Shown: piece by piece, positions 27,049 through 38,452 of the stretch
Layout: the number at the start of each line of letters is the position of its first letter
Position numbering within the stretch: the first letter of the stretch is position 1
DNA from: Octopus bimaculoides
Taxonomy: Eukaryota
Reading direction: 5' to 3'
DNA: 64,000 nucleotides
Assembly (NCBI RefSeq): GCF_001194135.2
Contig: NC_068983.1
Span: 167,110,678-167,174,677, forward strand
The notes under the pieces: generated by a model
Database searches by the model: none
Seen by the model: the letters and a program-made list of their open reading frames with translations, nothing else
What the model was told of the DNA's origin: nothing
Translations under genes and position numbers: made by a program

Positions 27049-27861
27049 TTTACTCATAAATCAAATGAAAATCTCCAGACAAGCTTTAACTTGTATCTAG
27101 ACTCTGGAGTCAAAGAATCAAAAAATCAGTTTTATCAGACAAAATGCCCTGTGCTATTCATTTGCGTATCTTTACTTCTTGAATTTGAATCTCATTGATT
27201 GTCTTCCTTTTGAGGAAGAAGATAAAGGTACCCCCACCACCACCACAGTCAATTACTTGGCTTTTGATGTCTTCAACTGCTCACGTCCCGTATTATTTGT
27301 GATCTTGAGCGTATTAGACACCACAAGGTTCTCTCCTTGAAGTGGTGTGGTGGTTTGTATGCCTTAATGACCCTCAGAACACAAACTCCAAGCAGGACCT
27401 CCTATGCTGGATGGGTCAAAGGATGAAAGCCAAACTAATATGGATCACCTGTTCTTAGAGGTAAAAAATGAGATTGTGTAGAGTCAGCATCCCTACCAAG
27501 AAAAAAAGAAGCAAAGTTTTGGAAGTATCAATGACAATTCAAGAGGAGTAAGTCAAAGGAGATGAAGGCCTTGACTCCGGGAAAGGTTAGATCCTGGGGT
27601 GGAGCTGAAAAAGCAGGGGTCTTGCTGGAGAGAAAGAAAAAAAGCAACTTAGGGTTGGGAACAGTGGAGAAAGCTCATCAACGGCCTCTGTTTTCCATTG
27701 GGAGCAAAAGGCTTAAGTGAAGTAAATGAAGCATGCTTATTATATTTGAAACCATTGTGAGTATTTTTCATTTTCTCTTTTAAAATATAAATGGTTATTT
27801 GTCCTTCAACCCTTAGTAAATGATATTAACACTCCATTTTATATCAGGGAAACATTAGATG

Positions 27862-28431
27862 TACAAGGTCTGATCAAAAAGAACTGGGACTGTTGTCATG
27901 GTAACAGTGCTAAAGTACACAGAGTGTACTTTAGCTTGGCACAGGTTGACCTTGAACTCTGTCATGTATGCACACTGAATTCTAACATTCTTGCTCGCTT
28001 GCGTTGTCTATAATGGTGCTTGGTAGTAATGTGTGTAGAGTGTGGTCATCTCAAAAGCAAGATGTGGTTTCAGCTATTCAGGATCTCTTTGATAGAATCA
28101 AGGAAAAAGAAAACTTTTCAAAAATGGTCAGAAAAATGGTGATGCATCATGGGTTTATAGTTATGACCCTGAAACCAAGGCTCAGTCTCCACAGTGGAAG
28201 CCCAAACAAGATTTCAAGGTGAAGAGAAAATCCAAGAGAATGTGATGAGGCAGCTGATTGCTATCCCTAGAAAAGGAATTCCAGGATTGCTTCCATCAAT
28301 GAAAATGACACCGGATAAACGTGTGCAGCTTCAGAAGGGGACAATTTTGAAGGGGATTAAATGCTGAATTGATACAGGTTGTAGTTTTCTTAAAGCATCT
28401 GTCCCCTGATACTTTTAGATCAGACCTCGTC
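27862..28431 (+). mobile_element. Internally deleted mariner element
   Basis: Imperfect TIRs TACAAGGTCTGATCAAAAAG (27862) and CTTTTAGATCAGACCTCGTC (ends 28431). Transposase C-terminal remnant EFQDCFHQ*..SEGDNFEGD* just inside the right TIR. Confidence 0.8.
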
Positions 28432-28954
28432 TATAGGCAATCAACTATATCTTTACTCCTCTACTTTTTTGTTTTGTTTTTGTGTCTAGTCAAACAAGCA
28501 TAATCTGTATATTAATACAATAGTACCAGGAATCCAGAAAGTACCAGGAATTCAAAAGGTACCTGAATTGTACATGGAATTCAAAAAGTACAGCTTTGTC
28601 ACACACTGCCTGAGAATTACATTAAGAGTATGCATATCTGTGGAATACTCAGCCACTAAGAATGTTATTCAAGAGCAGATAATTCAGTTGATCAAACAAC
28701 TGACTCTTCCTCCTCCTCACTGTCAAATGATAGAGATTCACCAAAATGATGGAAGATAAAAAAAATATTGATTTCATTTAATTGATGATGACGATGACGA
28801 TGATGATGATGATGATGATGGACCTCATTTACTGAAGAGGAATGTATTTTTGGAAGGAATGGTATTAATTGAATGAGTTGCTTTCCTGTAATTCACTGAA
28901 GAAACCCAAGGCATGTCCATGACATGTGGATTTTATAACTACATTCAGGATAAA

Positions 28955-29042
28955 GAACAGACTACTACTACTACTACTACTACTACTACTGCTACTGCTG
29001 CTGCTGCTACTACTACTACTACTGCTACTGCTACTGCTGCTG

Positions 29043-29077
<35 letters not shown>

Positions 29078-29105
29078 GCTACTGCTGCTGCTGCTACTAC
29101 TACTA

Positions 29106-29175
<70 letters not shown>

Positions 29176-29190
29176 CACCAGCAGCAGCAT
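28955..29190. repeat. Long interrupted (CTA/CTG)n trinucleotide tract
   Basis: Seen directly; source of the poly-S, poly-L and poly-T/A ORFs. Confidence 0.95.
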
Positions 29191-30454
29191 TAGTGATATT
29201 ATGCAACTCGTATGCTTTAACGTCTATCAATGTTTCTTTTCTTTTATTTTTTCATAAAGAATTACTCAAGCAATTTTAAGAACCGACAACACTGTATCAG
29301 ACGACAGAACAATATACTTCTTCCTCAACTCATTCTTCTTTATTTTCTCTTTCTCTGTTTTTTTTTTTCTTTTCTTTTTTGCTTAATGAGATGATAGAAA
29401 CGGTTGAACAACCAACTAAATATCTAACCATGTATAATTACATTCCGAGTTCAAATCTTAACTAAGCTCAACTTTACTTTTAACCCTCCCTCCTGCCACA
29501 ATCAATATGAAATATAAATTTCAGTCACGTAATTAATTATGTTTGATGGCGTTGACTTATATTTCTTCCTTGACATTTGTGGATTGGTGCCAAAGTTAAA
29601 AATCCTTATCTATTTAGATATCGGTTTGTTGAAAGACATAAATCTTGTCAATGTTTCTGGAAGATTCTACTCCACATACAGAAACAAATATTCACTTCTC
29701 AAGACACTTGTCTCAACTTCTTGAAATATTTGTTGTATTTTTGTATATTGTTTTTCATCTTAAGTCTGAACTGGTAGAAACAGAACAACCCTGGATGTGC
29801 TGTCAGTTCTAATTCCACTGAATTCAACTTTACTTTATATCTTTCTGGGGCTGACAAAATGAACAGCAGTAATATATTGGATGTTAAATTGACATCACCA
29901 TTTTGCTCTTCTGCCTAGTCTAGAAAAACCATTATAATACTGGAATTTTTTGTCTACATCTTTGGGTTAATGTCTTTGTTATGTTTTAGACATTCTGGCA
30001 GCATGGGAAAAATTGTTTTGTGGTATTTGTCCTGGCCTTGACATTCTAAGTTCAAATTCTGTCAATGTCAACATTGCAATTCAACCATCCACGGTTGATA
30101 AAATAAAATACCAGTGAATTCCTGGGATCAATGGAATTGAAAACCCTCCTCCCCTCAAAATTATTGGCCTTTTGTTTAACTATTATTTCTTCAGCAAATC
30201 TATTAGAGTGTTGAAGAAGTCTCTTGTGGCTTTGTCCTGGTACTTTACATTTGGACTTCAAATTTCTTCTGGGTCTATAAAATAAAGAACCAGCCAAAGG
30301 TTGACAGTATTGACTGAACTCCTCCTCCTCCTCCTCACAGGGGCTGTTGACACTGTGATGCAACAGAAAACTTCTAATCTCCCAGTCTGCATCATCCATG
30401 GCTATCCTTCGAGATTGAATATGATGGTCTTTGCTTTGTTTTGTTATTATAGTT

Positions 30455-30870
30455 ACTGATGGATTCTGAGGTGACTGATGAGTTCGATTCTTGCTTGGAA
30501 GTTCCTTCCACATGTGGGACAGGTGGTTCTGGATCGAAGGTTCCACTTTGATTGTATTCTCTATCTTTTCTGTGACTCCTCTTGTCTTTCTTCTTATCTG
30601 GCAGAAGTTGTTTGTCCCTCTTTGACGATGGATCTCCACCACTCTCAGCCCTGAGCGTTTCTCTTCCAGTTCTTAGTGTCAATATCATATTTCTTGAAGT
30701 TGACTTTCAGAACATCTTTGAATCTTTTCTTTTGCTCTCCTCTTCTTCATTTTCCTACTTTTGGTTGGGAACAGAGAAGCTGCTTGGGCAGACTGTCATT
30801 TTTCATCGGGACAACATGACCATTTCAGTTGTTTCTGGACGATGATAGCTTCAATGGAACTCATGTTTCA
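30455..30870 (-). mobile_element. RTE-BovB-like C-terminal fragment with terminal C2H2 finger, pseudogenised
   Basis: Manual translation across frameshifts: SIEAIIVQKQLKW..HVV..LPKQLL..GEQKKRFKDVLKVN..WRSIVKEG..CPTCGRNFQARIELISHLRIHQ*. Confidence 0.8.
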
Positions 30871-31359
30871 CAACACAAGTGTTTGCCCTATTGTATATCT
30901 ATCTTTCTAAATATATAACCATAGCAATCATTGGTGTATAAAGGTATTTGGATGACAGTGTATAATTGGTGTGTGCCTTGTGTGATCACAGTGATGAGAC
31001 TGGGACCCTTGTGGGCTTAGATTATAATAGGACCACATAAAATATGACCCTACTTCTCAGTTATTTCTTGTCCAAAGTTTTTAACAAATGAAATAAAGGA
31101 TCTGTTTGGTTCACATTTTTTGAAATTTTAAAATTAAGTGAACATTTTCAAATTTGGTATATTCATTTCATTTTACACACTGAATCTGATGTTATTCCCT
31201 ACTGGTACAGTTTTTGTCTTAACTTTTTATACAGGTATTGTTGTATTTCGGGACAGTCATTAAACAAATTGGGGGGGGGGGGGCAAATAAACACACGTAC
31301 TATATATATATTTGCTCTTCACTCGTTTATAACTGTTCTTATTCTAACTCATGTTCATT

Positions 31360-31404
31360 ATCCTGAAATCTTTCGTCACACATCTGTGACCTCCTCAGTG
31401 GCAC
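31360..31404 (-). ncRNA. Putative minimal type I hammerhead ribozyme, left arm (opposite strand)
   Basis: Core identical to the right arm at 31365-31398. The first stem I pair is an A-A mismatch, so this copy may be impaired. Confidence 0.5.
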
Positions 31405-31420
31405 TTTCTGAAGACGGAAA

Positions 31421-31465
31421 GTGCCGCTGAGGAGGTCACAGATGTGTGACGAAAGATTTCCGGAC
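31421..31465 (+). ncRNA. Putative minimal type I hammerhead ribozyme (Penelope-like/retrozyme type), right arm
   Basis: GCCG-CTGAGGA-G-GTCACA GATG TGTGAC-GAAA-GATTTC-CGG: CUGANGA core, 6-bp stem II, GAAA, self-complementary stem III AGAUUU, NUH site UUC and 3-bp stem I (CCG/CGG). Confidence 0.6.
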
Positions 31466-32387
31466 AATGGACATGAGTTAAAATAAGAAGTAATAAACGA
31501 GTGAACAACGAATATATAGTGACATATACTTTTATGTAACCTATCCTACACACTACACCATTACTAACTCACTATGACACAATCCAGTGATTCTCAACCG
31601 TTTTTGCTTCTGGCCTCCACCCCCATCATATATAAATTACCTCTTTGCCCTTTTTCTTCATTGATGCTATTTATAAAAAAGATCCAAAACAAAAATCAAA
31701 CTATTTTCAGTATTTGCCATGTCTATTAATCGCAGCTGTATCATGTAAAAACTAATTGTTTGTCATAGCTAACAAAAAAACATCTATTTGTACGGAGGTA
31801 ATTTAATTGCGTCTTCGCAGACAACATTCTAACATTGTATAACAAAGTTATAAAGAAACCTAAGGGTTGCTACAAATTATTTTAATATGTACTCTACCAA
31901 AATGATATATATATATATACATTCTTAGAAACGAAATACGTAGTAACCAAAAAAAATTAATCTTAAGCTTTTAAACTCTCTTTATTCAAAATTAACCACG
32001 TTGGATTATAGAAACTTTTGCAATGCTTGGACGTCGCTGTTGTTGACAGACGAAGATGACATACCGTGCTGTGGTGTGAAGAAAGATGCTTATTAAAGGC
32101 GGTGATGGTCTGATAGTGAAAATAAGGATAGTAAAGGTGGTGGTAGTGTCAGTAGATATATTGAAGAAGGTGCTGGTGTGAGTAGAGATATTGAAGGAGA
32201 TGGCGATGGTGGTGTAAATAGATATAGTGAACGAGGTGGTGGTAAGAGTTAGGATCTCGAAGGAAGTGGCAATGGTGGTGTCAGTTGTAGATATGTTGAA
32301 GGTGGTGGTGTCAGTAGATATGTTGAAGGTGGTGGTTGGACAGCAAACAGAATTTAAAATTTTTTCTTTCACCCCCCCTTCTCCGTT

Positions 32388-32399
32388 CACGCATGCGCT
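32388..32399. promoter_or_regulatory. NRF1-like site CACGCATGCGCT, candidate promoter
   Basis: Near match to the YGCGCATGCGCR consensus, in non-repeat CpG-containing sequence 45 bp upstream of a well-contexted ATG. Confidence 0.35.
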
Positions 32400-32443
32400 T
32401 CAGCACCCTACATTGTCGTCTGCTCCATTGAAACTTCCAAAAC

Positions 32444-32500
32444 ATGGTCAACAACAAGAGACGATGGAAGCAAACAAGAGAAAGAATGAGAAAGTTTAGG
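32444..32500 (+). CDS. Candidate first coding exon MVNNKRRWKQTRERMRKFR (product unrecognised)
   Basis: CAAAAC-ATG-G start context, 19 open codons, phase-0 donor AGG|GTAAGG at 32501. No downstream exon could be assigned. Confidence 0.35.
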
Positions 32501-32844
32501 GTAAGGTGTTTTTAGAATTTTATTTAAATAACCGTATTAAGGTCTGTTAAAACTTTAGTAACGTATTCTTGCAGAATAATATTATAGATAATGTAATATC
32601 CTATGTAAATGATATAATGGCATCTATACATGTTTGTCCATCTTTCCACATGCGTTGAGTGATATACATTTTTATTGCCGTTCTTTGTTCCATGGAATTA
32701 TTTCTACACTGATTAAGAGGTTGGGTTTTAAGAACTTGGATTAGTCTGCGCCCTAACCCAGTGTTCGTTTATCATACATTTATAACAGTATCATCTCACC
32801 CACTGGACGGACGGACACACACACATAAGATTAGACCTGGAGGT

Positions 32845-33955
32845 AATGCGACTGGGCTTTGTTTCTGGAAGAAACTGGTATTCCTGGCTTTCATTGATTT
32901 GGAGAAAGCATTTGATTAGGTACGATGCTCACTGACGAAACTAGGAGCAGATGAATAGCTTGGGAAAATGGTACAAGCGAAGTACAAGGATGCAGTAAGT
33001 AAAGTGAGGGTTGGCAATGATTTCAGTGATGAATTTAGTGTAAAGGTCAAAGTTCAGTCCTCAATCTTCTCCCATTTATCACAGAGGAGTTAAAACTGGC
33101 TGTCCATAGGAACTGATGATCTAGTTTTTGTAGCTAAATCTTTAGAGGAATTAGAGAAGAAATTCCAGGCATGGAAGCTGAACCTAGAATTGAGAGGCCT
33201 TGAGGTAAACCTAGCAAAGACAAAAAATTTAATAAGTAGGAAAGAAGACAGGGCCAAGATACCCTCGGGAAAATGAGCTTGCTTGATATGTAAAGGAGTA
33301 GGCATAAACTCCATACACTGTACTCGATGTAAGCTACGGACACACAAGGGATGGAGTGGAACCACAAGCAGACTACCTGAGATTGTAAGCTTCTTATGTG
33401 GCAGATGCACTGGGGCAGTGTGTAGGAGGAGCACACTGGAAATAGTTTCTCTTAAATGCTGAGATGGCTCATGAGAAGAAGTTGATAGCTTTTGTTATCT
33501 ATGAGATGTAATTAGCAAGGGAGGCTGACTGCTTTGAAAGTATAATAACTAGAGTAAGAAGAGGTTGGAGAAAAGGTTCAGGGAGCTATTACTCCTGCTA
33601 TCTTTTCCCTTAGAATGAAAGCTAGACAGTATGATGCTTGTGTTAGAGCTATAGTGTTGCATGGTAGTGAGACAGGGGCCTTGAATGCAGAGAACTTGAG
33701 AAGACTGGAAAGAAATGAAGTAAGCATGCTCCATTGGATGTGCAAAAGCACTGGTATGGGCTTTGGATGTATATGGATGAGAACATCTGTATGTAGAAGT
33801 GCTAGTTGCTTAATAAGGTTGGAACTTGTGAAAGAAGGATACCCAAGAAGACATGGGATGAAGTGATGAAGGCTGACTTCAAGATCCTAAGCCTCATGGA
33901 GGAGATGGCAAAGGACAGGAATGTTTGGCAATATGAGGTTTTCAAAAAGACCTGT
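32845..33955 (+). mobile_element. Decayed RTE retrotransposon (RT to C-terminus)
   Basis: LAFIDLEKAFD*V, ELKTGCP..DDLV, Cys-rich insert, RQYDACVRAIVLHGSETGAL..ERNEVSMLHWMC, GYPRRHG/KTWDEVMK. Confidence 0.85.
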
Positions 33956-34711
33956 CCTTCTCAGTGAAACTGTGTTCAGGAAATGCTATTTATATTGAGC
34001 TCTCCACTCACATGTTACAGTGATTCACCCTTCCACTCCTACGAAACCAAATTACCTCCCATTATGCTTGCCTTACATCACCCTGGCTCCTGAAGACTAC
34101 CTGCAACTTGCCCTCCCCACCCTATTCTCATCTGCATCCCTCTGTCTTCACTAACTCTTGGCTCATTGATCATTCATCCTTCAACCCTACTCAGTTTTTA
34201 CAGATGCATTCTGCCACCCCATTCCTATCATCACCTACTACCCCACACAATATTGCAAACCATCTACCCACCTACTTCTACTTACCTTGTGCCATGAGTG
34301 CCACCTGGGCACCTCATCTCCACAGTCTATATCTTTGCTGTTTCTACTGATCATTTCAGTTTCTCCTCTCCTACTAAATGTGAGTAGCCATTCAGATCCT
34401 CTACAAGAACCTACTCTGGTCTCACCCTCTCTAGTATTTTATTCTCTCGTGTCCTAGCATGAACCTGATTCCCCCCTCCCCTGCAATTCGTAGTCCTGCA
34501 AACTGCATGGCGACCTCAATAGTGCTGGTAGCACATTGTAAAGTGGCTGATGTTAGGAAGAGCATCCAGTCGTAGAAATTATACCAAAGCAGACACTGGA
34601 GCACAATGCCATCTTTGGACCCATCGGATTCTGTCAAACCATCTAACCCATGCCAGCATGAAACATGGCTATTAAATGATAATGATCATCATCATGATAA
34701 GGATAAAGATG

Positions 34712-34819
<108 letters not shown>

Positions 34820-34839
34820 GTATGTGTTTGTAGACCAAA

Positions 34840-35800
34840 GGAATAAGAAAGCAGACAAAGCTCAAGTCTCTTCAGGTAGATGGACCTGCTTGATATGTAA
34901 GAAAAGTGTTGGTAGAAACTTCATATGTTGTACCGAGTGCAAGCTTTGGATACATAAGTGGTGTAACAGTATCACAGGAAGGTTAACAGAGAAAATACTC
35001 TTTGTGTGTGGCAATGTGCAAATACAGTAAGCACTAAAAATGCACAGACAATAGACTTCCTCAAATGCCTGCAGGGATCCTTAGAAGTAGTAGATAGCTT
35101 CTGTTACCTAGGCAACCAAGTTAGCAGTAGAAGAGGAAGTTCTGAAAGCACAGTTGCTAGGATAAGAATGGGCTGGGTGAAGTTCAGAGAGCTTCTATCT
35201 TTGTTGGTAACTAATGGCCTCTCACTCAGAGTGAAAGGCAGATTGTATGGTGCCTGTGTACATACAGCTCTGCCACATGGCAGTGAAACATGGGCTTTGA
35301 CTACAGAGGACTTTCAAATGCTTGAAAAAAATGAAGCTAGCATGTTCCGGTGAATGTCAGTGCACACACACGACAGAGTGTAAATGATTTAAGAAGTAAA
35401 CTGGGTATAAGAGGCATCAAATGCTGTGTGTAAGAGAGAAGACTCCACTGTTTTGGTCATGTGATGCATATGTATGAGGACAGCTGCTTAAATAAGTGCT
35501 GATCATTAATTGTTTGTGGGAACTTGTGGAAGGGGTAGACCCAGAAAGATGTTGGACAAAGTGGTGAGAAAAAATCTACAGGGACCAGGAGTTGTGGTGA
35601 TTTGCTGTATTTGAAAAAACTCGTCTATAGGCATGGTGCCACATAAAATGCACTCATTCTGGTGCCATGTAAAATGCACTCATGTAAATGCACTTGTGCT
35701 GATGGTGCATAAACGCAACTGTGCCAGTGGAACATAAAAAAACACCCAGCATGTTTTATAAAGTGGTTGGCATTAGGAAGGGCATCCAACTATAGAAACA
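34840..35800 (+). mobile_element. Second decayed copy of the same RTE (Cys/His finger, thumb, 3' UTR)
   Basis: SGRWTCLICKKSVGRNFICCTECKLWIHKWCNSITGRL..FVCG; LEVVDSFCYLG..ARIRMGWVKFRELL..LYGACVHTALPHGSETW. Confidence 0.88.
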
Positions 35801-35821
35801 CACACATACACATGCAGAGAC

Positions 35822-37140
35822 ATTGGAATGAAATTTGTTGAGTCCAAATGTGCATTTTTGGTAGTAAAACAGGAAATTTATTTCCTCTTCCAATACATTA
35901 AACATGAGTAACCTAGAAATATAGACTTTTCTCTCTTGGAAAAGCTACAAGTATCTTTGGTCAGGATGAAATAAAGAGAAGATAAGGTATGAGTTCCTTA
36001 AAAGAGTTTTAAAAATGTGGTTATCTGAACTCTCAGCTTACAACAAGCATATCACCGACAACACTTTTGTAATGTTCTTATACCCATATCTGGCCTTCTA
36101 AACTGGTCAATGAGATAGATGTACAAACCCACAGGCAGCTCTGTGTGACTGGAAACTTCAACATCAGTGGAAATGTAGACAGGCTATACTTACCACACAA
36201 GGATGGTAGCTGCAGCCTTAAATCTGTATTGATGTCATATGAAGCACAGATTGTGACACTGAAGTAGCATCTTCCGCAGAGGAAAGAGGACAGTAACTAT
36301 GTCACCCAAGTTTGCAACCACAAAATCAGCAACATGAAACTGAAGAGCGACATGAAATAAGAGCTGATACAGATTTTTCTCCAAAGAGAATTGGTAAATT
36401 CTATTTATCAAAGAACAAAATTAAAAAAATGGTTTAGATCACTGAGATGGTAGTAGATAGGTACTTGGTACAAAAGACAAAAACCATCAAAGGAATAGAT
36501 CATATCAAAAGCCAGGCACAGAGTACTGACAAGTTTGTGACATCCCACTTTCAATGCAATTCAAGAACAAGTGATCCTTACCAACACCTTGCAGCATCTA
36601 TCAGTAGAAAACACTGATAGACAAAAAGTAAGATGGAAGACATCCGCCTCATTATTGCCAACTTCAAGAGAATGTCTTCCAGCTATTATCTTCCCATAAG
36701 CCATGAAGCAATGGCCATAAGAATCTGGAGCGGGATAAGAAAAAAGAAGTCACCAATAGATGAAGTTGGCTACATTAAGACAAATGAGTCAAAAGAATAC
36801 TAGTGTACCTTAAAAATTAAAACAGTCACTAAGTTAAAACACAACCAGTCAAATAGATGTTCTGTTGTGGAAATCAGCTGCACATCAGTATGGTTAAAAA
36901 AATACAAGAGGATATCTATGGACCATTGATAAGGAGTTTGCAAATCCAGTACCCAAGATACACTTTCAGCTTCATACCTATTATTATTGGAGCATCAGGA
37001 CACATACCAACCAGTCTGGAGCAGAGTATGGCTGAACTTGGGTTCTTGGGAAGAGAATGTAAATCCTTAATTCATATGCTACACTGATCATGATATCTGG
37101 GACAAAAAGAAATCTATAAGACCTTATGATTTAAAGGACA
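35822..37140 (+). mobile_element. R4/NeSL-type (RLE) retrotransposon 3' portion, pseudogenised
   Basis: GMKFVESKCAFL, SYKYL-GQDE, WLSELSAYNK, VDRLYLP, HIIAN..RMSSSYYLP, VVEISC, IYGPLIRSLQIQYPRYTFSFIPIIIGASGHIP. Confidence 0.85.
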
Positions 37141-37221
37141 ATGAGCAAAAACAAAATGTTTTCCTTCACAGTCAGGTGGCCAATCAGAATTAACTTGCAA
37201 TTAAACATAGAAAAAGAACAG

Positions 37222-38000
37222 CTTCAACTGTGGAGTGCAAGAGAAGCGACTGCACTGGTATGGTCATGTGTTACGAATGAATGAAGACAGCTGTGTGAGG
37301 AAGTGCCACTCCCTAACTGTAGAAAGAACCTGTGGAAGAGGTAGACCCAGGGAAACATGGGACGGGGTGGTGAAGCATGATCCTCAAACATTGGGCCTCA
37401 CAGAGGCAATGACAGGAGATCGGGACCTTTGAAGATATGCTGTGATTGAGAATTTCCGGTAACTAAAGTGAGATCGCAGCCACGCATGTCTGGCCCTGTT
37501 AAGAATACCCCTGATGCGTCGGGCGATATGATATGCTTGAGAAAACCTGTTGAGTCAAGTAACACCAATATCGTAGCTGTGGCCAGTTCCCCCTGACTGG
37601 CTCCCGTGCCGGTGGCACGTAAAAAGCACCATCCGAATGTGGTCGATGCCAGGTCTGCTTGACAGGCTCCCGTGCTGGTGGCACATAAAAAGCACCAATT
37701 GAATGTTGCCGATGCCAGTACTCCCAGACTGGGTTCCGTGCTGGTGGCACACAAAAAAAGCACCATCCAAACGTGGTTGATGTCAGGTCCGCCTGACTGG
37801 CTCTTGTGCCGGTGGCACATAAAAAGCACCCACTACACTCTTAGAGTGGTTGGTGTTAGGAAGAGCATCCAGCTGTAGAAACATTGCCAGATCAGATTGG
37901 AGCCTGGTGCAGCTTCTGGCTCTCCAGACCTCAGTCAAACCATCCAAAACATGCCAGCATGGAAAATGTACGTTAAACGAGGATGATGATGATGATGATA
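37222..38000 (+). mobile_element. RTE 3' end with complete 3' UTR containing four ~66-bp tandem units and a (GAT)n tail
   Basis: QEKRLHWYGHVLRMNEDSCVRKC..CGRGRPRETWDGVVKHD; GGTGGCAC motif at 37611, 37677, 37743 and 37811. Confidence 0.88.
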
Positions 38001-38399
38001 TACATTTTGTGCAGTGTTTTTCTATGGGATGAAGCAGCTAATGCAGACACTGCCTTGGGGCAACACATTTTAGTTATGCCATTGTAAAGCCTCAATAACT
38101 GGAGGAGAGTACACTCAGTAAAATTTGTAGTAGTTTTTTTTCTTGGTATTCGCTTACCACTCAGCTCTCATAAAAAATTAAAAAATACAAGAATTCAGTT
38201 TTGTGTTAGCTCTGAAAGTCAGTGTGTTGATGGATACACACTCTTTGTCATTTGAATGTTATTTCTGAGTATTTAACTTGTTTTGAAATGAGGATAAGTT
38301 TACTCATGAGCTACAGAATTCGACATACTTCAGGCTAGAATAAGTTATTCTACCAAGATAGTATACATATATAAATGTATATTTGTGTGTGTGTGTATT

Positions 38400-38452
<53 letters not shown>

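Larger units (their letters stand above)
31305..31518. repeat. Palindrome: ~100-bp inverted arms (31305-31408 and 31417-31518) around an 8-bp spacer
   Basis: The inner 44 bp of each arm differ at one position; the outer parts are more diverged; both ends run into TATATA. Confidence 0.92.

Noticed and set aside
28865-29279. Poly-Ser, poly-Leu and poly-Thr/Ala ORFs, and similar CV/HT/IY/LSIY ORFs throughout
   Set aside because: Translations of microsatellites with no flanking coding signal.
30052-30688. 196-aa and 98-aa minus-strand ORFs as a host gene
   Set aside because: Alternative frames of a frameshifted RTE C-terminus with its C2H2 finger.
31406-31420. CTGAAGACGGAAA in the palindrome spacer as a third hammerhead core
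   Set aside because: No room for stem II; likely coincidental.
31585-31599. CAGTGATTCTCAACC, a hAT/Charlie-like terminal sequence
   Set aside because: No matching right TIR or 8-bp TSD found; at most a one-ended relic.
37590-37835. Tandem ~66-bp units as a CRISPR array or twister ribozymes
   Set aside because: Eukaryotic LINE 3' UTR, spacers mutually homologous, no cas genes. TGCCGGT and TAAAA resemble twister only superficially and the other conserved twister elements are missing.
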